From a virus, in IMG/VR virus record IMGVR_UViG_3300037069_002825, positions 1 to 64,000 of that record: a stretch of 64,000 nt of DNA; one strand, given 5' to 3'. Positions within the stretch are counted from its first letter, which is position 1, and each line of letters begins with the position of its first letter. A model generated the notes under the pieces. It was not told the origin of the DNA. It saw nothing but the letters and a program-made list of their open reading frames with translations, and searched no databases. Positions 28,340 through 38,059 of the stretch are shown piece by piece. Both the position numbers and the translations under genes were made by a program.

Positions 28340-29541
28340 TGGACCTCACCATCTTCGGCAACGCCGTGGGGATCTCCGACATCAACGACTGGCGCGAATG
28401 CCCCGCTCGGATGGCGGACGGCATGCGCCGGCACACCGAGGGTGAGCTGCCCGGTCACACCAACTGGACCAACGCCTACGGCTCGGCGATCCACGAGGCA
28501 ATCTCGGTCGTCGAGAAAGAGTTGGTGTCCAACGAAGAGGCCATCGACCGCGTGTGGATCACCTACGGACCCTACCTCGACCCCGAGGATCTCGCGCTGT
28601 TGCGGGAGGACCTAGACAAATACCGTCGCGACACGCCGCTTGGCTTCCGGCTGGTGGCGGCCGAGGTGGACTGCCGCGTGCCGCTGGCCGTGATAGACGG
28701 CACGCAGTATTACTTTCGCTTCAAGCTCGACGCGCTATATCAGTCGCTCGCCAACCCGTCACTCTTCTTTCACCGCGACTACAAGTCCTCCAAGTGGCCG
28801 AAAAGCGAGGAAGAAGTCCACAAAGATCCCCAGATGTCGGCGTACAACTGGGCGATTTTCGAGCTGTACCCCGAGTGCCAACGGCTGGTGCAGTCCTATG
28901 AGCAGCTGCGCCACGGCAACATCATCACCTCTCGCAACGACACGCAACGCGCCGAGACCAAGGACTGGCTGATCAGGAACGTGAAGGCGCTGCTCGCTGA
29001 CGAGGAGATGAAGCCAAAGATCAACGACTTCTGTCGCTATTGCCCGAAAGTCATGGTGTGTCACGAGACGGAGCGCGCGACCACCTACTGGCGTGGCACG
29101 CTGGCGGTGCTCGCGCCGATGAGCAAGGAGGGCCGGCGCATCAAGGTCGACTTGGGCGACGACCAGGAAGAGGTCGAGCGGCTGATAACTGACGTGCTGC
29201 CCCGCGCCATCACCGCGCGCAAGCACCTCGAATACTTCGAGAAGACACTAAAGGGCGTGCTCGACGAGATGCCAAGCGGTGAAAGGTCTCGGCTTGGCTG
29301 GCGCACCAAGGATCGCAAGTCGAAAACCTTCAACCCCGATGGACTGAAACGCATCCACGAGGCGACGGGCGATCTCTTCTACGACCTGATAAGTCTCAGC
29401 CGTAAAGCCGTCGACACCTTCATCGGGAAGCCGGAAAAGGGCAAGCCGCTCACCCCGCAGCTGACAGTGATCCGCGAACAGGAGCTGGAGATCGTGGGCT
29501 CATCCCTTGAGGTGCCCGAGCGGGCGCCGGACGAGGACTGA
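28339..29541 (+). CDS. PD-(D/E)XK exonuclease (RecB/Cas4-like)
   Basis: CP...G.A.H; E...KLD...DYKS; Q...Y; C.YCP....C. Confidence 0.8.
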   Translation: MDLTIFGNAVGISDINDWRECPARMADGMRRHTEGELPGHTNWTNAYGSAIHEAISVVEKELVSNEEAIDRVWITYGPYLDPEDLALLREDLDKYRRDTPLGFRLVAAEVDCRVPLAVIDGTQYYFRFKLDALYQSLANPSLFFHRDYKSSKWPKSEEEVHKDPQMSAYNWAIFELYPECQRLVQSYEQLRHGNIITSRNDTQRAETKDWLIRNVKALLADEEMKPKINDFCRYCPKVMVCHETERATTYWRGTLAVLAPMSKEGRRIKVDLGDDQEEVERLITDVLPRAITARKHLEYFEKTLKGVLDEMPSGERSRLGWRTKDRKSKTFNPDGLKRIHEATGDLFYDLISLSRKAVDTFIGKPEKGKPLTPQLTVIREQELEIVGSSLEVPERAPDED

Positions 29542-29668
29542 GCTTTTCGCCGCACGTGGGGCGAAGCTGGTGCTCTCAACCCGACACGGGTCCGCCCGTC
29601 AGATGGGAAGTATCCCGGAAGTACGCGCCGGTCGCGGAAACCGGACTCAAGTGAAAGCCACACGTTGG

Positions 29669-29878
29669 TCATGGCCTCACCGCCGATTTGTGCCGCTCGA
29701 TCACGTGCTGCACGACGACCCGCGTGTAACCGCTGTGCTTCTTTGCCTCGGCTCGCATGGCCTCCAGGGCCTCGTCGTGAGTGGCAGCCGTGCGTAGGAG
29801 ACCCCACCGTGTAACCAAATTCGGGCGCCATTCGATTCGGTAGGGAGCCAGGCGGTCAATCTCCTCCAGCGAAGCCAT
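29669..29878 (-). CDS. Hypothetical protein
   Basis: SD GGAGG; overlaps upstream gene. Confidence 0.5.
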   Translation of the reverse strand: MASLEEIDRLAPYRIEWRPNLVTRWGLLRTAATHDEALEAMRAEAKKHSGYTRVVVQHVIERHKSAVRP

Positions 29879-30182
29879 CCTCCCTCACCTCCCCGCCATG
29901 TAGACGGAGTTCGCGCTCTAGCTCGGCGACGATCAGCGCCGCCGCCTTCACCAGGCTGCGTCGTCGCGTCGAGAGTTTGAAGTCGCCAAGGTCCCAGGGC
30001 CAGTAGCGCTCCGCGAGGGGAGCGGGGTCGAGGTACGCGATCGCCGCGAACGCAAGCTCACCAAATAGGTGGTTGTCGTCATGCTCGGGCGTCCAGCCCT
30101 TTGCGATCTGCTGGGCGCGCTCGGCGCGGACCAGGTCGAGCGCGGTCCCCTCGGTCGCGTGGCCCATCCGCTCGGCGCCCAT
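29856..30182 (-). CDS. Conserved phage hypothetical protein
   Basis: ER.QQ..KGWT.EHDD.H...ELA.AA...WPW...R..LVKAAALI.AE.ER motif. Confidence 0.7.
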   Translation of the reverse strand: MGAERMGHATEGTALDLVRAERAQQIAKGWTPEHDDNHLFGELAFAAIAYLDPAPLAERYWPWDLGDFKLSTRRRSLVKAAALIVAELERELRLHGGEVREDGFAGGD

Positions 30183-30655
30183 CACACCCTCTCCGCCGCG
30201 CCCAGCACCTGCCGGGCAAGAGTCATGGGCGTTGGCTCGCCCTCCTCCAGCTCGCTCTCGGCCCACCCGAGCTGCGTGAGCGAGTCCTCGATCGCCTCGG
30301 CGCCCGCGTGCACCCGCTTCTCGAAGGTCGGTTCGTCGACCTCGTACTGAAACGGCATCGGGGTGGTGAGCCGGTAGGTGAAGTCTGGATCGAGTGCGTC
30401 CAGGAACACCCGGCCGAGGTCCTCCTCCAGCGCGATCTGGGTTCTGCGGCCCCTAGCGAAGCGCACCCCAATCGAGTCGATCCCCCGCTCTTCGACGATG
30501 GCCGCGAAGGGAAGGGGGCGCCTGTTGGAGTGCTCGGGCGGCCGGATCGCCAGCACCCACGCCTCTCCGGGCATCGGGCCGGCGGCCGGGCGGGGCTCGA
30601 CCGCGACGGGCTGGACTAGATCCTGGGTGGTGTCCTTCGGTTGGAGCTGCGGCAT
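30182..30655 (-). CDS. Hypothetical protein
   Basis: SD GGGGAG; biased codons. Confidence 0.55.
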   Translation of the reverse strand: MPQLQPKDTTQDLVQPVAVEPRPAAGPMPGEAWVLAIRPPEHSNRRPLPFAAIVEERGIDSIGVRFARGRRTQIALEEDLGRVFLDALDPDFTYRLTTPMPFQYEVDEPTFEKRVHAGAEAIEDSLTQLGWAESELEEGEPTPMTLARQVLGAAERV

Positions 30656-30761
30656 CGTTCTCCCCTTCGGTCGCTTGGTCGAGACGCATCCTAACCCGGA
30701 CGTTGCGAGCTTGCCCACGCCGACCCCGCAAACTCCGACAGCCGGGCGGAAGATCGAGCCG

Positions 30762-31706
30762 ATGCGCCGTGTACGGTCAGAGCAAGTGCCCGTCACACTC
30801 CCCTTCTACGCCGTGCTGAGCCGCGCTGAGGTGCGAAAGCTCCCGTGCCCCAAGTGCAACGCCGATATCGGCGGCAACTGTCTCGCCGACGATGGGTCGG
30901 AGAGCGAGAGGAACCACACGGCACGTACCCAACTGGCGATTGAGCGCTCGCTCATCACGATCGACGATCACGGAAATCTCCTAAATAGCGGAGGAAATAT
31001 CGTCGCGTCAGTGGCGGGGGCCTTGACAAGCCGAGGAGTGACGATAGTGTGGGACTACGGGGATTCTTCGTCTGAACTGCCAACTGCGTCAGAGCGCAAT
31101 CCCCCAGAGCGAAGCGAATCCCCTCCCTCCCCTCGTAGTAGACGATCAGGGACAACACCGCGCGCACGTGTATGGGACCACTACGACCGTGTGATCCTGA
31201 AATCGAGGGGAATGGACCGTCGGCTCGAAGTAAAGCGCGCCAAAGTCATTGACAAAGCGCTGGAGGTGCGAACAATCCAGCAGTGCTGCCGCGCTATCGA
31301 TGGGCTCAATGTGTCAGCGCACCACAACGGTGTGAATGACAGGCGCAAAAAGTACCTCGACATCCGGTACGCCCTCGCCGGGATCGGCAAGGAAGGTGAT
31401 GACGAACGAATCGACAAAATGGCGGAGAAAGCGCCGAGGCAGGACACGAGCACAGCCCAGGTCAGCGCCGGCTTCGTGACGGTCACCGAGTTCGTGGACA
31501 GCGTTCCGTCGGTCGTGGGCGAAAACGTCTGGACCCACGTGAAGAATGTTGAGCGCATGAGGAGAACGCCCGAGCATCTAACGCTACTATCCATTGGACA
31601 GCAGTCCGAACGAGAGCTGCGGGATCGCTTTCGCGTGGAGGTCCTACTAACCGACGCGGATGGCAGGGCTTACCCCCGGCCGATGCTGAGACGCCTGGAG
31701 GCATGA
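30762..31706 (+). CDS. Replication initiator-like protein with N-terminal zinc finger
   Basis: CPKC.A..G..C...H..R; S/P-rich linker; precedes DnaB; start uncertain. Confidence 0.5.
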   Translation: MRRVRSEQVPVTLPFYAVLSRAEVRKLPCPKCNADIGGNCLADDGSESERNHTARTQLAIERSLITIDDHGNLLNSGGNIVASVAGALTSRGVTIVWDYGDSSSELPTASERNPPERSESPPSPRSRRSGTTPRARVWDHYDRVILKSRGMDRRLEVKRAKVIDKALEVRTIQQCCRAIDGLNVSAHHNGVNDRRKKYLDIRYALAGIGKEGDDERIDKMAEKAPRQDTSTAQVSAGFVTVTEFVDSVPSVVGENVWTHVKNVERMRRTPEHLTLLSIGQQSERELRDRFRVEVLLTDADGRAYPRPMLRRLEA

Positions 31707-31891
31707 TGGACCCCGTCGTGATCGCCGTCGTGCGCTCGGCCGGTAGGCTCACCGAAGGCGAGCTACGCTATCAGCTCCAGAAGCGCGGGCATCCCATGTG
31801 CGACAGCGCCGAGCTGCTCGGCGAGCTGGTCGATCTTGAACGCTGGGGTCTCGTCAAGACCGAGCTGCTGATCACGGCGGCGAGAGCATGA
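31703..31891 (+). CDS. Small winged-helix-like protein
   Basis: Overlaps both neighbours. Confidence 0.45.
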   Translation: MMDPVVIAVVRSAGRLTEGELRYQLQKRGHPMCDSAELLGELVDLERWGLVKTELLITAARA

Positions 31892-33261
31892 CGGTCCCGC
31901 CCGCAAGCGCGGCGGCCGAGTGGCAGGTCGTGGCGCACATGATCGACAAGCCGATGACGATCCCGGAGGTCGTCGGCATCCAGCTTGAGAGCCGGGACTT
32001 CGCCTCCACCGACGCGGCCTTGCTCTACGCGACCGCGACGGAGCTGTACTACTCAGACCTGCGGGTTGACCCAGTGATCGTCGGCGAGCGCCTTAGACCG
32101 TCGCTCTCGAAGCTCTGGAACGTCGCTGAGGGTCGGGTCTACGAGGAGCTGACGGGCCGAATCGCCCGAGCCGGCTATGCGGAGAACGTCCTAGAGCACG
32201 CGCACATCGTGAAGCGGCTCTCGGTCAGTCGCCAGCTCCTGAAGATAGCCATCCAGGCTCAGGGTGAGATCGCCGACGGGCGACTGACTCCACAGGAGAT
32301 CGGCGACAGGATGTCGGCCGAGGCGCTGAAAGTCACGAGCGAAACGATCAGGCGCTCGGAGCTGCTCACCTGGATGGAGGTCGGCACCGAGTACGCCAAG
32401 CACCTGCGTCGGCAGCGCATCGCCCGCGAGCAGGGGATCGAGCTGGCCGTCTACACGGGCCTGCCCTTCATCGACGACTGGACCATGGGGATAGCGCCCG
32501 GGGAGCTGATGTTCCTCGCCGGAGACCCAGGTGTCGGCAAGACAGCCATTGCATGGAGCGCCCTCAAGGGGTTCGCCGATCGCCAGCTAATGAAGCTCCG
32601 CGATCAGCAAATGGCGACCCTGGTGCTCTCGCTTGAGATGAGCCTGATCGCCTCGACGGCGCGGCAGGTGCAGGCCCTCACGAAAATCGACGGCATGCGC
32701 CTACGCTCCGGCGATATCTCAGATCGCGAGTGGAAACACATCCTGCGCGACTGGAAGGATCACGAGAACCTGCCGATCTTCTTCAACTTCGCATCGTCGT
32801 TCCGTCTGTCCCAGATGAGAGCATTGATTGTGGAGGCGATCCGCAAGTACAACGTGGGGTTCGTCGTCATCGACCACTTCAGGCAGATCGATGCTGACCA
32901 GAAATTCGCAAATTCCAATGACGCCGACGAGGCCAAGGTGCGTTTCCTCAAGGAGGAGATTGCAAAGGATCTCAACGTCGCGGTACTGTGCCTGGCGCAC
33001 ACGATCAAGGTCGGCCGAGGCGAGGGTGACCGCCGCCCGAAACTCTCGGACCTACGGGGCAGTGGCCAGATCAGTGCGCATGCAGACTTCGTCGCGTTCA
33101 TGTACCGACCGGCAAAGCATGCCGGACCGGAGGAGATGTCCATGGGCGCGATGGATGAGACGGACGCCGAGCTGGTCTGGAGCAAGAATCGACACGGCAC
33201 AGACGGCATAGCGCCGTTTTACTTCGAACCGACAACGATGACCGCCCGAGCGCGGTACTGA
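31888..33261 (+). CDS. dnaB: Replicative DNA helicase
   Basis: AGDPGVGKT, SLEMS, VIDH, RPKLSDLRGSGQI...AD, KNRHG. Confidence 0.92.
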   Translation: MTVPPASAAAEWQVVAHMIDKPMTIPEVVGIQLESRDFASTDAALLYATATELYYSDLRVDPVIVGERLRPSLSKLWNVAEGRVYEELTGRIARAGYAENVLEHAHIVKRLSVSRQLLKIAIQAQGEIADGRLTPQEIGDRMSAEALKVTSETIRRSELLTWMEVGTEYAKHLRRQRIAREQGIELAVYTGLPFIDDWTMGIAPGELMFLAGDPGVGKTAIAWSALKGFADRQLMKLRDQQMATLVLSLEMSLIASTARQVQALTKIDGMRLRSGDISDREWKHILRDWKDHENLPIFFNFASSFRLSQMRALIVEAIRKYNVGFVVIDHFRQIDADQKFANSNDADEAKVRFLKEEIAKDLNVAVLCLAHTIKVGRGEGDRRPKLSDLRGSGQISAHADFVAFMYRPAKHAGPEEMSMGAMDETDAELVWSKNRHGTDGIAPFYFEPTTMTARARY

Positions 33262-33273
33262 GAGGAGCAGCAA

Positions 33274-34245
33274 ATGATGGACGGAGACGGCAGTGGATTC
33301 AGTCAGGGCCTCGACGATGATCCCTTCGAGGGCTCGGAGTTCGACGACGAGCTGATGGGCGGCGGCGAGTCGGAGGGCGCGACCACCATCTCGCAGGCGG
33401 CTCAGGCCGCAGTGACGCACCCCGCGCCGGCCGAGGCGGCGCAGCCCATCGCACAGGCCGGGGTCGCCCAGGAGCCGGAGCTGCCCGTCGTGAACAGGGA
33501 GGGCGAGCCCGTCGACCCTCCGATTGCCCCTACGACTGGGGCATCGACTGTCCAGCCTGTCGCGACATCGCCAGCGGCGACTCCCGAGCCGGCTTCGGCC
33601 CCCGCCGATCAGACGGCGCCTTCGAGTTCCGAGTCCCCCGTTCTGAGTGGACCTGGTGAGCCCGGTGAGCTGCGCCGGGAGCCCGAGGAGGTCACGCCGG
33701 AGCGCGCAGCCGAGGAGCTGTCGGTAAACGCGGCGGTCGCCGAGGCACTGGTCGCCGACCCGTCGGAGCCGCAGGAGACGGAGAAGGCCGCCCGTGGTGG
33801 GGCGATGCTGGGATCGCCGGGCGAGCCGGAGCCGGACCCTACGCAGCCTTTCGAGCCGCCGAGCGCATCAGAGCCGACGCAAGACGTGCTTGAGCCCCTA
33901 GAGCCCGAGGACGCAGCGCCGCCGGAGCAGGTGGCCACCAAAGACGGGCGAGTGACGCACAGGCGCTATGTGGTCCTGACCCCAGACAGGGGCGGCGTTT
34001 TTAGGCGCGTCTACTGGTACGAGAAGAATGGCGAGCTGTGCACGCGGGGCACACCGGGAGCGAAGCGCCAGAGCCTCGCGCTTGCGCGAGACGCGGACGG
34101 CGCCCGAGCCATCGCCTACCGAGCGTTGGGCAACGAGGGCCCAGTCGATCTCGTTGCGGTCTCGGAGTCCAACTTCCAGGTTGTGACAGTCGAGCCCGAC
34201 GAACCGAAACCTGCCAAGCGCAAGCTGAAAATGACCCGGCGGTAG
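33274..34245 (+). CDS. Hypothetical protein: acidic disordered N-terminus, small C-terminal domain
   Basis: SD GAGGAG; ORF. Confidence 0.65.
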   Translation: MMDGDGSGFSQGLDDDPFEGSEFDDELMGGGESEGATTISQAAQAAVTHPAPAEAAQPIAQAGVAQEPELPVVNREGEPVDPPIAPTTGASTVQPVATSPAATPEPASAPADQTAPSSSESPVLSGPGEPGELRREPEEVTPERAAEELSVNAAVAEALVADPSEPQETEKAARGGAMLGSPGEPEPDPTQPFEPPSASEPTQDVLEPLEPEDAAPPEQVATKDGRVTHRRYVVLTPDRGGVFRRVYWYEKNGELCTRGTPGAKRQSLALARDADGARAIAYRALGNEGPVDLVAVSESNFQVVTVEPDEPKPAKRKLKMTRR

Positions 34246-34257
34246 GAGAAGAGTCCG

Positions 34258-34614
34258 ATGGCAGAGCAGGTGAAAGCCAACGAGAAGGAGATGCAACTCA
34301 AGATCACGGGTTGCTCTCCCGTCTATTCGGGGAAAAATACACGCGGCGACGACTATACGATCTTCGAGATATTTGCGGAGAAGCCAGACGGCACGCCGAT
34401 AACCGAAAAGCTCAGGGCTTTCACCGCTCTGCCGGTCGGACAGTTCATGGACGTGACAGTAAAAGCCTTCAACAGCGAGGAGCACGGACGCTCCTTCACC
34501 GTCTTCCCAAAGGACAAGAAAGCCAGTGCCACCCAGGCCGTGAACGAGCTGACCGAGATGGTCACCGACCTCATGCGCCGGGTGGGAGAGTTGGAGAGGC
34601 GCGGTGGTGTCTAG
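34258..34614 (+). CDS. OB-fold / SSB-like hypothetical protein
   Basis: SD AGGAG; beta-rich domain followed by coiled coil. Confidence 0.45.
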   Translation: MAEQVKANEKEMQLKITGCSPVYSGKNTRGDDYTIFEIFAEKPDGTPITEKLRAFTALPVGQFMDVTVKAFNSEEHGRSFTVFPKDKKASATQAVNELTEMVTDLMRRVGELERRGGV

Positions 34615-34655
34615 GCGACACCCGTCCGAGTGTCAGTGCTACAGTGTCCGCCGAG

Positions 34656-35264
34656 ATGAGTAACTCGTCGCTTAGCGCCGTCGAGCTGGAGCCCTACGAG
34701 GGCCTGATCTTCACCACGGCGCGCAGATTTGCCACGAGATGCGGGATGGAGGAAGAGGATCTCCGTCAAGAGCTACGGCTCAAGGCGGCTCAGGCGGTGG
34801 TGAAATACGACTCCTCGCGGAGCAGGCAGCCACTCGCAAACTGGGTGTTCAGCCTGATAGTGAATCGGGTGACAGATCTACGGCGCACACACATGCGCCA
34901 AAGGCTGAGCGTGGGCCACATCGAGGATTTCAGGGGTCACAGTAGCGACGGCAGTGATATGGACCTCAGCCAGTTCGAGCTGCGCTACTTTCACCTCGAT
35001 CACGACACCGTCTACGGGCGCATCGATGAGGGCGGGTTCGTAATGCCCGCGACCCTCACCGAGCGCGAGACGAACGTGTTGCGCCTGCTCCTGCTCGACT
35101 ACTCCAAGGTGGAAGCCGCGAAGATCCTCGGCCTCACCGACTGGATGGTGTACGAAGCGGTCGAACGGCTGAGAGAAAAGCTCAGCGACTGGCACCCTAC
35201 CTCACAGCCCGACAACTGTTCAGTTGTCGGGCTGCACGGCGCCGAGCTTCCCGTCGCTGCCTAG
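34656..35264 (+). CDS. RNA polymerase sigma-70 family (ECF-like) factor
   Basis: Region 2 (EDL.QE......YD..R...W....N...D..R) and region 4 HTH (LTERE..VL.L....S..E.A..LG). Confidence 0.85.
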   Translation: MSNSSLSAVELEPYEGLIFTTARRFATRCGMEEEDLRQELRLKAAQAVVKYDSSRSRQPLANWVFSLIVNRVTDLRRTHMRQRLSVGHIEDFRGHSSDGSDMDLSQFELRYFHLDHDTVYGRIDEGGFVMPATLTERETNVLRLLLLDYSKVEAAKILGLTDWMVYEAVERLREKLSDWHPTSQPDNCSVVGLHGAELPVAA

Positions 35265-35585
35265 CTCGCGGCCGTGCAAAACGCCGGCTAGGTAGGAAAC
35301 CAGCATCGCGTAGACCCAGCTCCTGACAGCGCCCTCGGCATCAGCTATCTCCTCGCGAAGGTTCAGATCGGACCTCTTGAACTGGGCCTCGACCGCGACT
35401 ATCAGCTCGTCGAAGCTCTCGCGTGTGGCGAGCATAATCGCTCCGCCTGTGGCGTTGATGTCTACTCCTAGCGCCGCACAGTTGCCCTCCAGCGCCGCGA
35501 GCGCGCTCGCGGCGTCCTCGTTGGACCACATCGGCCATCGCTGGATCTCCGCGAACAGTTCGGCGACCTGCTCCTCGGACTTCAT
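35220..35585 (-). CDS. Hypothetical protein
   Basis: ATGA overlap with the recombinase gene. Confidence 0.55.
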   Translation of the reverse strand: MKSEEQVAELFAEIQRWPMWSNEDAASALAALEGNCAALGVDINATGGAIMLATRESFDELIVAVEAQFKRSDLNLREEIADAEGAVRSWVYAMLVSYLAGVLHGRELGSDGKLGAVQPDN

Positions 35586-36598
35586 GCCACGAGCCCGAGA
35601 CGCTCAGCGAACGCGCCTTCCGTCTGTTCGCCAACGCGCTGGATGTCGGCCTTTGCGATGCGTGCGTAGGCAAGGGTCTGATCGATCGAGCCGTGTCCCA
35701 TCGTGATCTGGAGGTGCTCAAGCGGCATGCCGGCGCGCAGGCTCTCGGTTGCGTAGGTGTGACGGAACGGGTGCCAGTTCCAGACCTTACCGGAGAGGCT
35801 GATCCCGTTGTGCATCTGGTCGAGTGTCATTGGCGTGAGGTAGTCCGGTGGGTACAGCCGGAGCCACGGTCGGTTGTGGGTGACGCCGAGTCGCTCGCGG
35901 AACTCCAGCCATTCGGCGACGGCTAGGCGTGAATGGGCCATGTAGGGGACCTCGCGTTCCTTCGCCGTGCCCGGTCCCTGCTTGGCGGTGACGACGATCA
36001 CACCGTCGTTGTCGGGGTGAATCTGGGCCATCGTAATATGGCATATCTCGATGCAACGCAGGCCCTCCTCCAACGCGAGTGAGACCTGCGCCTCCAGCTG
36101 GTAGCGCCTCGCCCATAGCCAGATCCCCCGTTGGATCGGCGTCTTGCCCTCGTCGAAGCGCTTGAGTTTGCGAGAGCCCTTCCCGCTCAGCGGCGGTGAC
36201 GGGTAACGCTCGGCCAGCTCGCGGTAGAAGGTGCGGATCTCGCTGGGTGTGTAGGGCTTCGGCGTAGACTGCGCGGAGCTGCCCCGTGGGTTCGGTACGG
36301 CTTTCAGGCGCAGGCGCAGCTCGGCGTCGATGAGTCCCGCTCTAAAGGCCCACGTGTGAAAGGCGCGAATCATCCCGTGCTTCGTTCGTACGGTGTTGGG
36401 GTGAAGACCACGGTCAATCTCGGCACCCATCCACTCCATGACCTCGCCGGGTTGCATCTCCACCAGCGGACGGTCATTCAGCACTTCCTCGGCAAAGCTC
36501 CCCAGCAGGGCAAGCTGTTCCTTGCGCCGCTGGGGAGTCACGCTGTTGGGCGCCATGTGCTCTTGCTCAAAGCGCAGCAGCAGCTCCTTGTTCGTCAT
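35582..36598 (-). CDS. Tyrosine recombinase (integrase/Xer family)
   Basis: Catalytic R (GLRCIE), K, HPFRH, GH and Y (LAY); N-terminal SAM-like domain. Confidence 0.9.
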   Translation of the reverse strand: MTNKELLLRFEQEHMAPNSVTPQRRKEQLALLGSFAEEVLNDRPLVEMQPGEVMEWMGAEIDRGLHPNTVRTKHGMIRAFHTWAFRAGLIDAELRLRLKAVPNPRGSSAQSTPKPYTPSEIRTFYRELAERYPSPPLSGKGSRKLKRFDEGKTPIQRGIWLWARRYQLEAQVSLALEEGLRCIEICHITMAQIHPDNDGVIVVTAKQGPGTAKEREVPYMAHSRLAVAEWLEFRERLGVTHNRPWLRLYPPDYLTPMTLDQMHNGISLSGKVWNWHPFRHTYATESLRAGMPLEHLQITMGHGSIDQTLAYARIAKADIQRVGEQTEGAFAERLGLVA

Positions 36599-36602
36599 GG
36601 GC

Positions 36603-37085
36603 TTAGGACGCGGTCCCGGTCCCGGGGACGGTGGTGACCTTCAGGGCGAGGCTCGCATCCTCCAGGCGCTGCCTGCGCTCGGCCAGCTCGGAGATCTCAA
36701 ACGTCAACGCTTCGACCCGACCCTCGACGTGGGCGATGCGCCCGGTGACGGTCGCCAGCTCACGTGAGACGTGATCCTCGACCGACAGGGCATCGTCCGG
36801 CCGAGCGTCGAGCAGGGTCGGTTCACCTTTGATACCCGAGCGCTTGGGGGCGTCCGCCTTCGGCCGTGAGGTGATGGCCTGCCCTGTCCGGGCGCGCGGG
36901 CTACGGCGACCGCGCCGCGATCCCAGGCCGCCGATTTTGTAGCCGGCCTCCTCTATCCGCCGTTTGTGCTGGTAGATGCCGTTCACCGAGATGCCCATGA
37001 CCTTTGCGGCCTCCTCGGCATCCTTTCCTGCGACCAGCAGGTCATGCACCCGCTGTTGCTTCGGTGTGAGCTTGGCTTTCGCCAT
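36603..37085 (-). CDS. LuxR/sigma4-type HTH DNA-binding protein with coiled coil
   Basis: LTPKQQRVHDLL..G....E.A..MGIS..GIYQH. Confidence 0.7.
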   Translation of the reverse strand: MAKAKLTPKQQRVHDLLVAGKDAEEAAKVMGISVNGIYQHKRRIEEAGYKIGGLGSRRGRRSPRARTGQAITSRPKADAPKRSGIKGEPTLLDARPDDALSVEDHVSRELATVTGRIAHVEGRVEALTFEISELAERRQRLEDASLALKVTTVPGTGTAS

Positions 37086-37090
37086 CCTTG

Positions 37091-37597
37091 TCAGCCTCCG
37101 TTTTGGTTTGTGTTTTGTTTGTTGGGTGTGTTGGATGGTACTACAGCTGGCTGCGCTGACTGCACCTTCGCAACGATGCCGTCAGCCTGATCCCCTACCA
37201 GCTTGTAACGCTCGATGAGCGCAGTGGCTACGTCCTGCGGTGGGTACCCCATAGCAAGCGCCGCCATGGCCTCCCCTTCCATCGCCGCCTCCCGACGTGA
37301 GGCAGCCTTCCTAAACGCACGGGCCTTGTCGGCGAGGGCGTTTCGGTAAGGAGAGAGGACATCCTTCAGCACGATCTTGCCATCGACCGAGCCTGGCGCC
37401 ATCCAGGAGCCGAATCGGTCATGCACGTAGTAGGTGACGCCCTCAGTGCTGAGCCGAGCGTGCAGGTAGCCGTCGGGGTGCATGCTGAACTTTGTGATTC
37501 GGAAGCTGTCGCAGCGTCCGACTGGCTCGATCACGTCGCGTGCCGCCTCTGCCATCAGGCGCTCGTCTTCGGCAACTCCACGCTCGTCGTCGCTCAC
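37091..37597 (-). CDS. Hypothetical protein
   Basis: SD AGGAGG before GTG. Confidence 0.55.
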   Translation of the reverse strand: MSDDERGVAEDERLMAEAARDVIEPVGRCDSFRITKFSMHPDGYLHARLSTEGVTYYVHDRFGSWMAPGSVDGKIVLKDVLSPYRNALADKARAFRKAASRREAAMEGEAMAALAMGYPPQDVATALIERYKLVGDQADGIVAKVQSAQPAVVPSNTPNKQNTNQNGG

Positions 37598-37770
37598 TGG
37601 GCCTCCTGTTCGTTGGTGGTGGTCTTGCCGCAGCCCTGGCAGGTTGGGCACGGCGCTGGGAGCGTAGGTGGTCCGACACGCCCGGCACCCCCGCACTGCG
37701 GGCAAGTCACGATCTCCACGCCGCACATGGCGCGCTCCACTAGCTCTCGGTCGGACACGTGTCCCGTCAT
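37594..37770 (-). CDS. Small DnaJ-type zinc-finger protein
   Basis: CPQCGGAG...CPTCQGCG; overlaps both neighbours. Confidence 0.55.
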   Translation of the reverse strand: MTGHVSDRELVERAMCGVEIVTCPQCGGAGRVGPPTLPAPCPTCQGCGKTTTNEQEAQ

Positions 37771-38015
37771 GAGACGATTTCACCCACCTCGCCCACGGCG
37801 TCGGCGTCGGCGTCCTCTATGTAGGGCAGGTGGACGACACCAACGCGCCCGGGCTCGTGGCCGAAGCTCATGCGGAACAGCGCCACGATCGCTTCGCGAA
37901 CCTGATGGATCGACCCCTGGCGTGGCAGTTCCGTCATGCCGACCTTCGCCTCCACCGAGTAGCCCTCGGTGTCGCAGGCCCGCGCGATGATTACGTACTT
38001 GATTGCATCGGTCAT
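37767..38015 (-). CDS. Hypothetical protein
   Basis: SD AGGAG. Confidence 0.5.
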   Translation of the reverse strand: MTDAIKYVIIARACDTEGYSVEAKVGMTELPRQGSIHQVREAIVALFRMSFGHEPGRVGVVHLPYIEDADADAVGEVGEIVS

Positions 38016-38059
38016 TCGATCGGTCTCCTCGTGCTCGTGGGTGGGAACCTTGCGTAGCT

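Noticed and set aside
30378-30761. N-terminal extensions given by the ORF track (also 34038, 23545, 17775, 58837)
   Set aside because: They overlap other genes; downstream starts have better SD or overlap support
37095-37135. T/G-rich low-complexity tract as a repeat element
   Set aside because: On the minus strand it is an unstructured A/C-rich stretch before the SD of the HTH gene, a common translational enhancer
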